DNA of 64,000 bases from contig CAWGJO010000037.1 of NCBI GenBank assembly GCA_963822945.1, positions 1 through 64,000 of the forward strand, in the 5' to 3' direction. This document shows, in pieces, positions 1 through 11,966 of the stretch. A model generated the notes under the pieces. It made no database searches and was not told where the DNA came from. It saw only the letters and a program-made list of their open reading frames with translations. Source of the DNA: an uncultured Gemmatimonadaceae bacterium (lineage in GTDB: Bacteria; Gemmatimonadota; Gemmatimonadetes; Gemmatimonadales; Gemmatimonadaceae). The position numbers were made by a program, and so were the translations under genes. Within the stretch, counting starts at the first letter, position 1; each line of letters opens with the position of its first letter.

Positions 1-1055
1 CGCACTCCGTTGGTGGGCATGAACACGATCGACGCGATGAGCGGCATCATCACCGGCGACTGTGCCTGCTGGAAATGTTTTCGCCGATCGCTCACCATAA
101 AACCCACGGCCGCGAACAGCGACGTGTAGAACATGAAGCCGAGCACGAAGAAGAGGAGCAGCGCCACGCCCACGCCCAGGAAGACGCTGGGCATGTGGAT
201 GCCGGAGGCGTCGGCCGTCGGGCCGGCCACGGCGTGCACGATCTGCACGCCGAACGACGCGAGGTAGACGGCCGAGAGCACCCACACCGCTACCTGCGTG
301 AGCGCCACGGCGCCGATGCCCAGAATCTTTCCGGCCAGCAGGGCGTCGGGTTTCACGCTCGACACGACCACTTCGGCCACACGGGTCGTCTTCTCCTCGA
401 GCACCCCGCGCAGCATGTTCTGCCCGTAGAGCGCGATCATCATGTAGAGCAGGAAGGCGACGGCGTATCCGAAGATGATGCCGGAGATGCCGCCACCCGA
501 CTCGAGTCCCTTGTCGGTGATCTTGTCGGTTCTGAGGTCGAACCTGACCCCGGTGAGTTTGGCGACGCTGTCGGCGTTCATGCCCGCGCGTTCCAGCCGC
601 ATGTCGAGCAGCGTCCGCTGCAGGGTGCTCTTCAGCGTCGCGATGTCGGTGAGCGAGGTCGCGTTGCGCCCCGCATAGCGCACGCTGGTCCCGGCCAGGG
701 AGCTGTCGTCGAGCACGAGATAGCCCTGGATGCCGTGGTGCATCACGACCGTGGTGGCGCTGTCGACGGCGGCCTGCAAGTGCGCCGGCGCCACCTGCTC
801 CACCTGCGGCCTGGGGCCGGTGGAATCGGCCTTGACGAGGGCCTGGGCCACCCGCTGGCCGAGGTCCGCGCCCGTGGCGTCGAGCACGAGCACGTTGGCC
901 AGGTTCGACGATGCCCTGGTCCGGCTCGCCAGCAGACTCGGGCCGATGGCGATCGCCGCCAGGAAGATCGGTCCGAGTACCGTGGCGACGATGAACCAGC
1001 GCGAGCGCACGCGCTCCAGGTATTCGCGCTTGAAGACGACGAAGACTTTACCCAT
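1..1055 (-). CDS. ABC-2/NatB-like exporter permease (runs off the left edge)
   Basis: Read manually: MGKVFVVFKREYLERVRSRWFIVAT..., later EEKTTRVAEVVVSSVKP..LLAGKILG, typical of this family; overlaps the stop of the upstream ATPase. Confidence 0.85.
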   Translation of the reverse strand, partial: MGKVFVVFKREYLERVRSRWFIVATVLGPIFLAAIAIGPSLLASRTRASSNLANVLVLDATGADLGQRVAQALVKADSTGPRPQVEQVAPAHLQAAVDSATTVVMHHGIQGYLVLDDSSLAGTSVRYAGRNATSLTDIATLKSTLQRTLLDMRLERAGMNADSVAKLTGVRFDLRTDKITDKGLESGGGISGIIFGYAVAFLLYMMIALYGQNMLRGVLEEKTTRVAEVVVSSVKPDALLAGKILGIGAVALTQVAVWVLSAVYLASFGVQIVHAVAGPTADASGIHMPSVFLGVGVALLLFFVLGFMFYTSLFAAVGFMVSDRRKHFQQAQSPVMMPLIASIVFMPTNGV

Positions 1056-2013
1056 TGCCACTCATCCCCGGCTCGACGCCCTTGGCGCCAACCCGATCGA
1101 GGAAGATCTGGTGCAGTGACGGCTGGATCAGCTCGAAGCGGCTCAGCCGCGCGCCGCCGCCCACCACGCGATGCAACAACTCCTGCGCGTCGGCGCCCGG
1201 CGCCAGCTCGATCTCGAAGTACTGATTCTGGTCGTCGAATTTGGCCACCAGGGCCGGGTCCTCGAGCACCGGCATTACGATTCCGCGCCCGTCGCCGTCG
1301 AGGGCCAGTGCCACGTTCCGGATGCCGTGCTCCGCCTTCACGTCCGCCACCCGGCCGTCCAGCACCTTCTTGCCCTTGGCGATGATGCACACCGAATCGC
1401 AGATGCGTTCGGCGTTGTCCATCATGTGCGTGCTGAAGATGACGGTCTTGCCCGCGTCGCGGAGCGCGATCACGGTGTCCTTCAGCGCCTGGGCGTTGAC
1501 CGGATCGAGGCCGCTGAACGGCTCGTCGAGGATCACGAGGTCGGGCTCGTGCAGCAGGGTGCCGATGAACTGGACCTTCTGCTGCATGCCGCGCGACAGC
1601 TCGTCGATCTTGGCCGCGCCCCAGTCGCGCTCCGCGGTGCGGAGCTGCAGCCGGTCGAGCCACTCGTCGATGCGCTGGTCGGCGGTCTTCGCCTTCACGC
1701 CCTTGAGCTGGGCCAGGAACCGCAGCGCGCGGCGCACCTGCATCTTCTTGTAGAGCCCGCGTTCCTCGGGCAGGTAGCCCACCCGGTCGAGCACCTTGCT
1801 GCCGCGCGCCGACTGGCCGAGGATGGAGATGGAACCCTCGTCGGGTTCGAGAATGTCGAGCACCATACGGATGGTGGTCGTCTTGCCGGCGCCGTTGGGG
1901 CCGAGCAGGCCGTACACCGTTCCGCGCGGCACCTGGAGCGAGAAATCGCTGACCGCGACGTGCTCCTCGTACCGCTTCACGACATTGCGGATGTCGATCG
2001 CGAAGTCAGTCAT
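1048..2013 (-). CDS. ABC transporter ATP-binding protein
   Basis: Walker A GPNGAGKTT, signature LSRGMQQK, Walker B LVILDEPF; start placed at MTDF. Confidence 0.92.
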   Translation of the reverse strand: MTDFAIDIRNVVKRYEEHVAVSDFSLQVPRGTVYGLLGPNGAGKTTTIRMVLDILEPDEGSISILGQSARGSKVLDRVGYLPEERGLYKKMQVRRALRFLAQLKGVKAKTADQRIDEWLDRLQLRTAERDWGAAKIDELSRGMQQKVQFIGTLLHEPDLVILDEPFSGLDPVNAQALKDTVIALRDAGKTVIFSTHMMDNAERICDSVCIIAKGKKVLDGRVADVKAEHGIRNVALALDGDGRGIVMPVLEDPALVAKFDDQNQYFEIELAPGADAQELLHRVVGGGARLSRFELIQPSLHQIFLDRVGAKGVEPGMSGNG

Positions 2014-2085
2014 GTCCGGAGGGAAATGGGAAGGGGATCGTTCATTATAGCGCAACGCACCGGGGCCCAGCCATACTTATCAGTC

Positions 2086-3047
2086 ATGCGCAGACTACGC
2101 TTCGGTCTCCAGATCGGCCTCGCCGCATTCGCCGTGACGGCGTGCACCACCCGTGAAACGGCACGCACGGCCGCCGGCCGCGACACCGTGGTGGTGTACG
2201 CGGCCGCCAGCCTGGCGGCGCCGCTGCGCGCCCTCGCCGATTCCTACGCCGTGCGTACCGGCACGGTTTCGCAGATCGAGATCGGGGGTTCGCTGGAGCA
2301 CGCCCGCAAGCTCACCGAGCTGCATCGGATTCCCGACGTGCTGGTCCTGGCCGACTACGAGGTGCTCGCCTCGCTGATGCCCAGATACCTGCACTGGTAT
2401 CTGAGTTCGCCAACAACCGGATGGTCATCGCGTACACCGCCCAGTCGCACGGCGCGCGCCGGATCGACAGTACCAATTGGAGCGGCGTGCTCTCCGAACC
2501 CGGGGTGCGCATCGGCCGGCCCGACCCGTCCACCGCGCCGGCCGGCTACCGGGCGCTGCATCATGCTCCAGCTCGCCGAGCGCGACTTCGGCGAACCGGG
2601 GCTCGCCGCGCGCGTGCTGGCCAACGCCCCGTCGCGGTTCATCCGCCCCAACGCGTCGGAGCTCGCGGCATTGCTCGACGCCGGCGAGGTGGACTACATC
2701 CTGGACTACGAATCGGTGGCGCGCGCCCACCACTTCCGGTTCGTGACCCTCCCCGCCTCGATCGATCTCAGCGATCCCGACAGCGACGGCCACGTACGCG
2801 CGGGCCGTCGGTGCGCGTCCGCGGGGCCACCGGCGACACGGTGACGATGCGCGGCCAGCCGATTCTGTACGCCCTGGCCATTCCCGACAGCGCGCCGCAT
2901 CCCGCCGCGGCGCGCCGATGGGTGGCGGCCTTGCTCGGCCCCGCCGGCACGCGCGATCTGCGCAACGCGTTCGTGGACGTGCTCGCCACGCCGCGGCTCA
3001 CCGGCACCGGCGCTCCCCCAGAGGTCACCGCGCGTGTCGTCCACTGA
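2086..3047 (+). CDS. Tungstate/molybdate ABC substrate-binding lipoprotein, WtpA/ModA-like (frameshifted near 2400, 2560 and 2790)
   Basis: Lipobox-like AVTAC; YAAASL, GGSLEHARKLTE, PDVLVLADY, DPSTAPAGYR, GEVDYILDYESVA and GQPILYALAIP spread over two alternating frames. Confidence 0.75.
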
Positions 3048-3856
3048 CGCGGCGCGCCGGCGCGGGCTGCAGCGCGCCTTCACCGTGCTCACGGCGGCTG
3101 CGGCGTCGCTGCTCCTGCTCTTCCTCGTGGCGCCGCTGGCCGGCATCGTCGGCGGGTGGGGCGTGGCGGGCATTCGTGCCCTGGGCACCGACGCCGAACT
3201 GCGCGCCTCGCTCTGGCTCACCCTGGTGTCGGCCACGCTCGCGACCGTGCTGGGCGCGGCCGGCGGCGTGCCGCTGGCCTACCTGCTGTCGCGGAAGCGA
3301 TTCCGCGGCCGCGGCCTCGTGGCGGCGCTGCTCGATCTGCCGCTCGTCGTGCCGCACCCGGTGGCCGGCATCGCGTTGTTGCTCGTGCTCGGCGCGCGAC
3401 ACGCCCATGGGCCACGCGATGCTGAAGGCGGGGCTGGAAATCACCGGCTCGACCACCGGCATCGTCTGCGCGATGATGTTCGTGTCGGCGCCGCTGCTGG
3501 TGAGCGCGGCGCGCGAGGCGTTCGACCGCGTCGATCCGCGGCTCGAGGCGGTGGCGCGCACGCTGGGCGACACGCCGTGGCGTGCAGCGCGCCGCGTGAC
3601 GCTCCCGCTGGCGGCGCGCGGCCTGGTGGCCGCCGGCGTCGTGATGTGGGCGCGCGCGATCAGCGAGTTTGGCGCAATCGTCGTGCTGACTTACAATCCG
3701 AAGGTGGCGAGCGTGCTCAGCTACGAGCGGTTCACCGCGTTCGGCCTCAAGAGCGCCCTCCCCGTGGCGGCCGTGCTCGTGTTGCTCGCCCTCGTGCCCA
3801 TCACCGTGCTGCGCACGGTGCACTCGCCCGACTCTCTCCCGGAGCGCCGAGGATGA
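3034..3856 (+). CDS. Tungstate/molybdate ABC permease, WtpB/ModB-like (frameshift near 3395)
   Basis: DLPLVVPHPVAGIALL, then EAVARTLG (EAA loop) and WARAISEFGA in the next frame. Confidence 0.8.
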
Positions 3857-4896
3857 TCCAGTTGGACCGCGTCACCGCCACCGTCGGCGACTTCTCCCTG
3901 CGCGACGTGTCCTTCGCCGTCGACCAGGGCACGTACGGCGTGGTGATCGGTCCCGCGGGCTCCGGCAAGACGACGCTGCTCGAGACCATCGGCGGCATCG
4001 TGCCGGTGCGGTCGGGCGCGGTGCGGCTGCGAGGCGCCGACGTCACGCGGCAGGCGCCGGAGCTGCGGCGGATCGGGATCGTGTACCAGCACGCGTATCT
4101 GTTCCCGCATCTGTCGGTGGCCCGGAACGTGGGGTACGGCACCGACGATCGCGCGATGGCGCGCGAGATGGTCGAGCGCTTCCGCCTGGAGGCATTGCTG
4201 GACCGCGACGTGAAGTCGCTGAGCGGCGGCGAGCGGCAGCTCGTGGCGCTGGCCCGCGCGCTGGCCACGCGCCCCGACATCCTCCTGCTCGACGAGCCGT
4301 TCGCGGCGCTCGATCCGCGCACCCGGATCATCGTGCGGCGGCAGGTGCGCGCGCTGCACGCCGAGCGCGGCATGACGGTGCTCCACGTGACGCACGACTT
4401 CAACGAAGCAGGGCGGTTGGGACACCAGGTGGTGCTGCTCGAGCGCGGCCGCGTGCTCCAGGTGGGGAGTCCCGACGACGTGTTCCGGCGGCCGGTGTCT
4501 CCGGCGGTGGCCGAATTCATCGGCGCCGAGAACGTGATTCCGGGCCGCGTGCGCGGCGTGGAGCGGGCGAGTGGGGACGAACGCGTGGTGGAGTTCAGCA
4601 GCGGCGGGCTGACGCTGCACGCCGTGAGCGACCTGCCCGACGGCGAGGGACACGCCGTGATCCGCGCCGACGAGATCGCGCTCTCGCCCGAGCGCCGCGA
4701 ATCGTCGATGCGCAATCAGCTGGACGCGCGGGTCCTCGAAGTCGCGCCGAGCGGCGTGCTCACCCGCGTGACGGTGGATTCCGGCGGCGTGGAGCTGGTG
4801 GCCGCGATCACCACCCGGTCGGCGGAGGACCTCGGGCTCGAGCCCGGCCGCGAGGTGGTGGCGGCGCTCAAGGCGACCGCCGTGCATCTGTGTTGA
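3853..4896 (+). CDS. Tungstate/molybdate ABC ATP-binding protein with C-terminal TOBE domain
   Basis: GPAGSGKTT, LSGGERQ, LLLDEPF; C-terminal SMRNQL...ITTRSAEDLGL...KATAV; ATGA overlap with the permease. Confidence 0.88.
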   Translation: MIQLDRVTATVGDFSLRDVSFAVDQGTYGVVIGPAGSGKTTLLETIGGIVPVRSGAVRLRGADVTRQAPELRRIGIVYQHAYLFPHLSVARNVGYGTDDRAMAREMVERFRLEALLDRDVKSLSGGERQLVALARALATRPDILLLDEPFAALDPRTRIIVRRQVRALHAERGMTVLHVTHDFNEAGRLGHQVVLLERGRVLQVGSPDDVFRRPVSPAVAEFIGAENVIPGRVRGVERASGDERVVEFSSGGLTLHAVSDLPDGEGHAVIRADEIALSPERRESSMRNQLDARVLEVAPSGVLTRVTVDSGGVELVAAITTRSAEDLGLEPGREVVAALKATAVHLC

Positions 4897-4920
4897 GCGG
4901 CTGACGGAGCTGCCGTCGGC

Positions 4921-6169
4921 CTAGCCGAACAGCGTTCGCGCCCGCTCCACGCCCGCCCCGAGTGCCTCGATATCGGCGGCATCGTTGTACACGTACACGC
5001 TGGCCCGTGCCGTGGCCGGCACCTTGAGCCGCCGCATGAGAGGCTGCGCGCAATGGTGACCCGCGCGTACGCAGACGCCGTCCTGGTCGAGAATGGTCGC
5101 CAGGTCGTGCGGATGCACGCCCTGCGAGCGTGAAACTCACGACGCCGCTCCGATCCTCGATCGCCGCCGGCCCGTAGATCCTGACGCCCGGGATGCCGCC
5201 GAGCGTCTTCTGCGCCAGCGACAGCAGCGCCTGCTCGTGCGTTCGGACGGCGGCCATGCCGATTCCGTCCAGGTAGTCGCACGCCGCCGCGAGGCCCACC
5301 GCGCCGGCCACGTTCGGCGTGCCGGCCTCGAACTTGTGCGGGAGCACGTTCCACGTCGTCCGGTCGTCGTACACGAACTCGATCATGTCGCCGCCCATCT
5401 GGTAGGGCGGCATGGCCTCCAGGATCTCGCGGCGGCCGGCGAGCACGCCGATCCCCATCGGGCCGCACATCTTGTGCCCGCTGAAGGCGTAGAAGTCCAC
5501 GTCGAGCGCATCGATGTTCAACGCCAGATGCGGCGCCGCCTGCGCGCCGTCGCACACCACCAGCGCGCCCACGCTCCGGGCGAGCGCCGCGATTTCCGTT
5601 ACCGGATTGATCGTCCCCAGCGCGTTCGACACGTGGCTGAACGCCACGACGCGGGTCTTCGCGTTCACCAGCCGGCGGAGCTGGGCGACGTCGATCCGCC
5701 CGTCGTCGGTCAGCTCGCAGATGATCAGGGTGGCGCCCTGCTCGATGGCCAGCTGCTGCCAGGGCACGAAGTTCGCGTGGTGCTCGAGCCCCGTGATCAG
5801 GATCTCGTCGCCCGCCTTCACGTTGGCCCGCCCCCACGCTGTCGCCACCAGGTTCAGCGACTCGGTGGTGCCGCGGGTGAAGATCAGCGTGTCGGCATCC
5901 TGCACGCCCACGAACTGCGCCACGCGGCGGCGCGCCCGGTCGTACCGGTCGGTGGAGCGCGCCGACAGGTCGTAGGCCCCGCGGTGCGGGTTGGCGTAGT
6001 CGGTCTCGTAGTACTCGCGGATCGCGTCGAGCACGGCGGCCGGCTTCTGCGCCGTGGCCGCGGAGTCCAGGTAGTGCAGCCCGGGATTCCGCGCCAGCAA
6101 GGGAAAATCCGCCCGCCGCGAGGCGAAGGCCTTGCCGGCCAGCGCGGCCGCCGCGCGGAGCGTGGTCAC
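4921..6169 (-). CDS. sufS: SufS cysteine desulfurase (frameshift near 5120)
   Basis: [17 protein letters not shown] (PLP lysine), FEAGTP; catalytic RAGHHCAQP lies in ORF 4921..5118. Confidence 0.9.
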
Positions 6170-6510
6170 GTCACCGCCTCCTCGCTTGCGGACCGGCGCG
6201 GCCCGACGAGGATCTTTCCCGCCTCCACGCGCACGTCGTACATCGGCACCGGGTCCACGGCCGGTCCCTTCCGGACGGCGCCCGTCAGGCACTCGAACCG
6301 CGCGCCGTGCCAGACGCACTCCACGGTGCCGTCGCGGTGGATCACGCCGTCCGACAGCAGGAACTCGGCGTGCGTGCAGCAGTCGTGCATGGCGGCAATG
6401 CGCCCGCCCACGTTCATCAGGCACACCGGATCGCCGGACGACGTGGTGACGCCGAGCAGCCCGCCTTCCGGGAGGTCTTCCACGTCGGCCAGCGGCTCGA
6501 ACTCGCTCAC
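6166..6510 (-). CDS. Rieske [2Fe-2S] ferredoxin
   Basis: CTH...CVWHG Rieske ligands; GTGA overlaps with both neighbours. Confidence 0.88.
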   Translation of the reverse strand: MSEFEPLADVEDLPEGGLLGVTTSSGDPVCLMNVGGRIAAMHDCCTHAEFLLSDGVIHRDGTVECVWHGARFECLTGAVRKGPAVDPVPMYDVRVEAGKILVGPRRSASEEAVT

Positions 6511-6968
6511 GCCTGCTCCGTGGTCACCACGGCCGCGGCGTTGTGCTCGTCCAGCGCCGACCGGAGCGCATGCCAGGGCAGGCTGGCGCACTTCACGCGA
6601 ATCGGAAACTTGGACACGCCGCTCAGTGCCGCCAGCGAACCCAGCGCCTCGCGTTCCTGCTCGATGTCGAGTTTACCCGTCACCAGGTCGTGCATGTGTT
6701 CGGCCAGCGCGCGGGCCTCGGCCACCGTCTTGTTCTTGACGGCGGCGGTCATCATGGAGGCCGAGGCCTTGGAGATCGCGCACCCGATGCCCTGGAAGCT
6801 CACGTCGGCCACGCGGTCGCCGTCGAGCCGGACCCACAGCGTGATCTGGTCGCCGCAGAGCGGGTTGTTGCCCTCGACTTTGCGATTCGCATCCGGCATG
6901 ACGCGGAAGTTCCGCGGCTTCCGGTTGTGCTCGAGGATGATTTCCTGGTAGAGCGCGTCGAGGGACAT
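6507..6968 (-). CDS. sufU: SufU/NifU-family sulfur-transfer protein
   Basis: LYQEIILEH, NPLCGD, GCAIS, RVKCA. Confidence 0.92.
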   Translation of the reverse strand: MSLDALYQEIILEHNRKPRNFRVMPDANRKVEGNNPLCGDQITLWVRLDGDRVADVSFQGIGCAISKASASMMTAAVKNKTVAEARALAEHMHDLVTGKLDIEQEREALGSLAALSGVSKFPIRVKCASLPWHALRSALDEHNAAAVVTTEQA

Positions 6969-7005
6969 GGGGACGACGGTTGGCAGTCAGCAGTTGGCGG
7001 CAGCG

Positions 7006-8315
7006 CTACACGGCCCCGGTAAACCTAGCCAGACTCATCGCTTCCAGCCCCTCCCGTACGACGTCGTTCTCGATGGTCTCGAGCACGTCCGCCGCGAAGG
7101 CGTAGGTCAGGAGCTTGCGGGCTTCCTCGGCCCCCACGCCGCGGCTCTTCATATAGAACAGCGACACATCGTCCAGCCGGCCCACCGTGGCGCCGTGCGT
7201 GCACTTCACGTCGTCGGCGAAGATCTCGAGCTGCGGCTTGGTATCGATCTGCGCACGCTCCGAGAGCAGCAGGTTGTTGTTGGTCTGCTTGCCGTCGGTC
7301 TTCTGCGCGATCGGATGCACGTACACCTTGCCGTTGAACACGCCGTGCGACTCGCCGTCCAGCACGCCCTTGTACAGCTCGCGGCTGAAGCAGTTGGGCT
7401 GCGCGTGCTCGATCCGGGTCTGGTGGTCGCCGTGCTGCGTGCCGTCGAGCATGTAGAGGCCGTTGAGCGTGGCGCCGCACCCCTCGCCGCCGAGCACGGT
7501 GCTGATGTTCGTGCGCGACAGGGCGCCGCCGATGGCGAGCGAGAACGAGACGTAGTGGCTGTCCCGCGCCTGCGCGACCTCGGCCGTGCCGACGTGGTAC
7601 GCCTGGCGTCCCTCGCGCTGCAGCTTGTAGTGGGAGAGCGTCGCGCCCGCCTCCACCACCACCTCGCTCACCGCGTTGGTGAAGTACGGCACGTCGCCAA
7701 GTCCCACGTAGCTCTCGATCACGGTCGCGCGCGAATGCCGCCCGGCGACGATCAGGTTGCGTGGGTACGAGACGCCGTTGACGCCGTGGCGGTCGGTGAC
7801 GAACACCAGGTGGATGGGGTGCTCCAGGACCTGATCCGCGGGCACGTGGATCACGATGCCGTCGTGCACGAAGGCCGTGTTGAGCGCCGTGAACGACTGG
7901 CTGTCGGTGCGGGCGATGGTGCCCATCCGCTCGGCCAGCTCCGGCGCTTCGGCCCACGCGCGCGCGAGCGGCAGCACGCGCACGCCCTCGGGCAGCTTTT
8001 CGAGGTGCGACAGTTCGGGCGCGAACCGGCCGTTGACGAACACCGCCAGATGCCAGTCGTCGGTGTCCGCGAACAGATAGGGCTCGAGGTCGGTGCGCCG
8101 CACATCGCCGCTGACCGCCGTGAACGGCACGAACTGCCGCTCGGCGATCGGTGCCACGCTCGTGAAGTGCCAGTCCTCGTTCTTGGTGGTCGGGAACCCG
8201 AGCTGGGTGAACCGCTCCAGTGCCGAACTGCGCAGGGCGCGCACCCACTCCGGCGCCTCGCCGCCACCGTTCGCCGCGAACTTCTGGAACTGCTCCACGT
8301 ACTGCACCGCGTCCG

Positions 8316-8319
<4 letters not shown>
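7006..8319 (-). CDS. sufD: Fe-S assembly protein SufD
   Basis: [38 protein letters not shown]. Confidence 0.93.
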
Positions 8320-9080
<761 letters not shown>

Positions 9081-9095
9081 GGTCGTCCGAGTGTT

Positions 9096-9142
9096 GACTG
9101 TCCGACTGTCTGACAGTCCGACAGTCGGACAGTCTGACAGTC
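9096..9142. repeat. 8-bp-unit repeat (GACTGTCY / GACAGTCN) forming a palindrome in the sufB-sufC gap
   Basis: GACTGTCC GACTGTCT GACAGTCC GACAGTCG GACAGTCT GACAGTC read directly. Confidence 0.85.
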
Positions 9143-9155
9143 ACGGCGTTGTTGG

Positions 9156-10589
9156 TTACCCGACGCTCCCTTCCAACGTGATCCCCAGGAGCTGTTGCGC
9201 TTCCAACGCGAACTCCATCGGCAGCTCCTTGAACACTTCCTTGCAGAAGCCGCTCACGATCATGCTCACCGCCTGCTCGGCGCTGAGCCCGCGCTGCTTG
9301 AGGTAGAAGATCTGGTCTTCCCCGATCTTCGACGTGCTGGCCTCGTGCTCCACCTGGGCCGTGTTGTTCTTGACCTCGATGTACGGGAAGGTGTGCGCGC
9401 CGCAGCGGTTGCCCACCAGCATCGAGTCGCACTGCGTGTAGTTGCGCGCGCCGGTGGCCTTGGGTGCCACGTACACGCGCCCGCGGTACGAGTTGTTGCC
9501 CTGGCCGGCGCTGATGCCCTTGGACACGATGTTGCTCTTCGTGTTCTTGCCCAGGTGCAGCATCTTGGTGCCGGTGTCGGCCTGCTGGTGGTTGTTCACC
9601 ACGGCCACCGAGTAGAACTCGCCCACCGAGTTGTCGCCCTGCAGGATCACGCTCGGGTACTTCCAGGTGATGGCCGAGCCGGTCTCCACCTGGGTCCACG
9701 AGATCTTGGCGTTCTCGAACGCCTTACCCCGCTTGGTGACGAAGTTGTAGATGCCGCCCTTGCCCTCGCTGTCACCGGCGAACCAGTTCTGCACCGTGGA
9801 GTACTTGATGGTCGCGCCCTTGAGCGCCACCAGTTCCACCACCGCCGCGTGCAGCTGGTTGGTGTCGCGCTTGGGCGCCGTGCACCCCTCGAGGTAGCTC
9901 ACGTACGCCCCCTCGTCGGCCACGATCAGCGTGCGCTCGAACTGCCCGGTGTCGGCCGAGTTGATGCGGAAGTACGTGGACAGCTCGATCGGGCAGCGCA
10001 CCCCCTTGGGCACGTACACGAACGATCCGTCGCTGAACACCGCGGAGTTGAGTGCCGCGAAGAAGTTGTCGCTATAGGGCACCACCGACCCGAGATACTT
10101 CTCCACCAGGTCGGGATGATTCTGGACGGCGTCCCCCAGGGAGCAGAAGATGATCCCGTATTCGGAAAGCTGGGCGCGCATCGTCGTGCCCACCGACACG
10201 GAGTCGAAGATGGCGTCCACCGCCACGCCGGCCAGCAGCTTCTGCTCCTGCAGCGGAATCCCGAGCTTCGCGTACGTCTTGAGCAGCTCCGGGTCCACCT
10301 CGTCCAGCGACTGCTTGGGCTTCACCGACCGGGGCGCCGAGTAGTAGCTCGCCTTCTGGTAGTCGATCGTGTCGTAGTGGACGTTCGGCCAATGCGGCTC
10401 CTTCATGGTCTCCCACCGGCGGAAGGCCTTCAGCCGCCAGTTCAGCATGAACTCCGGCTCGTTCTTCTTCTGGGAGATCAGGCGGATCACGTCCTCGTTG
10501 AGACCGGGCGGGATGGTGTCCGCCTCGACGTCCGTCACGAAGCCGTACTGGTACTCCTTGCTGACCAGGGTATCGATGGAACTACTCAT
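9156..10589 (-). CDS. sufB: Fe-S assembly protein SufB
   Basis: [39 protein letters not shown]; start placed at MSSSIDTL. Confidence 0.96.
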   Translation of the reverse strand: MSSSIDTLVSKEYQYGFVTDVEADTIPPGLNEDVIRLISQKKNEPEFMLNWRLKAFRRWETMKEPHWPNVHYDTIDYQKASYYSAPRSVKPKQSLDEVDPELLKTYAKLGIPLQEQKLLAGVAVDAIFDSVSVGTTMRAQLSEYGIIFCSLGDAVQNHPDLVEKYLGSVVPYSDNFFAALNSAVFSDGSFVYVPKGVRCPIELSTYFRINSADTGQFERTLIVADEGAYVSYLEGCTAPKRDTNQLHAAVVELVALKGATIKYSTVQNWFAGDSEGKGGIYNFVTKRGKAFENAKISWTQVETGSAITWKYPSVILQGDNSVGEFYSVAVVNNHQQADTGTKMLHLGKNTKSNIVSKGISAGQGNNSYRGRVYVAPKATGARNYTQCDSMLVGNRCGAHTFPYIEVKNNTAQVEHEASTSKIGEDQIFYLKQRGLSAEQAVSMIVSGFCKEVFKELPMEFALEAQQLLGITLEGSVG

Positions 10590-10712
10590 GCCAACTCCGA
10601 AAACGGCGCGATGCGCAAGCCGTTGTGTCGAATAGTCTTGAGTCGTCACGGACCGGGTCGTGCCGGCCGTGGTCCGCGACTGGGAAGTTAGCGCGTTCCG
10701 CGCCGCTTCACG

Positions 10713-10736
10713 ATGCTGACAAAATTACTCGGTTTT
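10713..10736. promoter_or_regulatory. Putative Rrf2/IscR-type operator upstream of the suf operon
   Basis: AT-rich imperfect palindrome ATGCTGACAAAATTACTCGGTTTT about 125 bp before sufB, resembling type-1 IscR boxes. Confidence 0.5.
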
Positions 10737-10893
10737 GGGCGCTGGTCAAAGCGAGTGTCGCCCCAGGCGGTCCAATTGCGCCGCGCGGCCAGCCGGAAAT
10801 CAAACGGATTGTCGGGTGGATGGGCAACGCCGGGTCCTGGACGTCCGCCAATCGGCCCTCTTGCCGCCGGGCGAATCGCCGGCGGAGTGGCGA

Positions 10894-11856
10894 TCAGCCC
10901 GTCAACTCCCGCATCGCCTGGCGGAGCAGCGCGCCCGCCATCTGGACCTTGTAGCCGTTCTTCGACAGCGGCGTCACGTCGTACAGCGCCCGCTCGGCCA
11001 GCGAGGCGATCGAGTCGTCGTCCAGGCCCCCCGACGACACGTCTTCCTCCACGGAGGAGTTCACGCGCCAGGGCGCCGGCGCCATGCCGCCCATCACCAG
11101 CCGGACCTCCCCCGACTCTCGTCTCGCCCCCGCGATGCTGACCAGGGCGAAGTCCCACGCCTCGCGCTGCATCAGTTTGTAGTAGAACTGCGTCCCGCCC
11201 GCCGACTCCGCCGGCACGAGCACCGCGCTCACGAACTCGCCCGGCTCCACCACGGTCTCCCGGTCCACCCGCTCGCCCGGCAGGACGAAGAACTCGTCCA
11301 CCGGCACCACGCGGGTCGCACCGCGGCGGGCGATCTCCACCGTGGCGGCCAGTGCGGCCAGCGCCACCGCGGGATCGCTGGGGTGCACGGCATGGCATGG
11401 GCCCCCGTTCACGACCGCGAGGTACTGATTCTCCCCTTCCAGGGCGGGGCAGCTGTCTCCCCCGTTCTTGTGGCAGGCGATGCCCTGCCGGAAGTACCAG
11501 CACCGCGGACGCTGGCAGAGGTTGCCGCCCAGGGTGCCCATCTGCCGCAGGGTGGGCGAACCGACGGCGTCGCACGCCTGTGCCAGGGCGGGCCAGCGTT
11601 CGCGAACCACCGGGTGCGCGGCCACGTCGTGCAGCCGGGCCGCGCCGCCGATGCGCAACGAGCCGTCGGGCTGTTCGGTGACGTCGGCCGCGCCCGCGAT
11701 GCCGCGCAGGTCCACCAGCTCCGCGGGCGCCGCGATGCCCTCCTCGATCGAGACCAGCAGGTCGGTGCCGCCGCCCAGCGGCATCGAGCGCTCGCCGGCG
11801 AGCCGGTCCGCGGCGTCGGCGAGTGATGCGGCGCGATGATACGTGAATGGCGTCAT
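10894..11856 (-). CDS. Xanthine dehydrogenase family FAD-binding subunit, PaoB/YagS-like
   Basis: GGGTDL, RQMGTLGGNLCQRPRCWYFR, Cys-rich insert, HPSD, NGYKV. Confidence 0.9.
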   Translation of the reverse strand: MTPFTYHRAASLADAADRLAGERSMPLGGGTDLLVSIEEGIAAPAELVDLRGIAGAADVTEQPDGSLRIGGAARLHDVAAHPVVRERWPALAQACDAVGSPTLRQMGTLGGNLCQRPRCWYFRQGIACHKNGGDSCPALEGENQYLAVVNGGPCHAVHPSDPAVALAALAATVEIARRGATRVVPVDEFFVLPGERVDRETVVEPGEFVSAVLVPAESAGGTQFYYKLMQREAWDFALVSIAGARRESGEVRLVMGGMAPAPWRVNSSVEEDVSSGGLDDDSIASLAERALYDVTPLSKNGYKVQMAGALLRQAMRELTG

Positions 11857-11966
11857 GGGGCGCGAACTGAGGGTATCGAGGGATGGCAGCGCTGCACGCC
11901 GCTTGCGCGAGTCGCTAGATAGAAGATGGCGGGCGTTCGCTCGCCCGAGCAAGTGAAGAGGTACCG

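Noticed and set aside
2086..6169. Programmed frameshifting or true pseudogenes in the wtp-like genes and sufS
   Set aside because: Indels occur throughout the window, including in core genes, without obvious slippery sites; sequencing error is the simpler explanation
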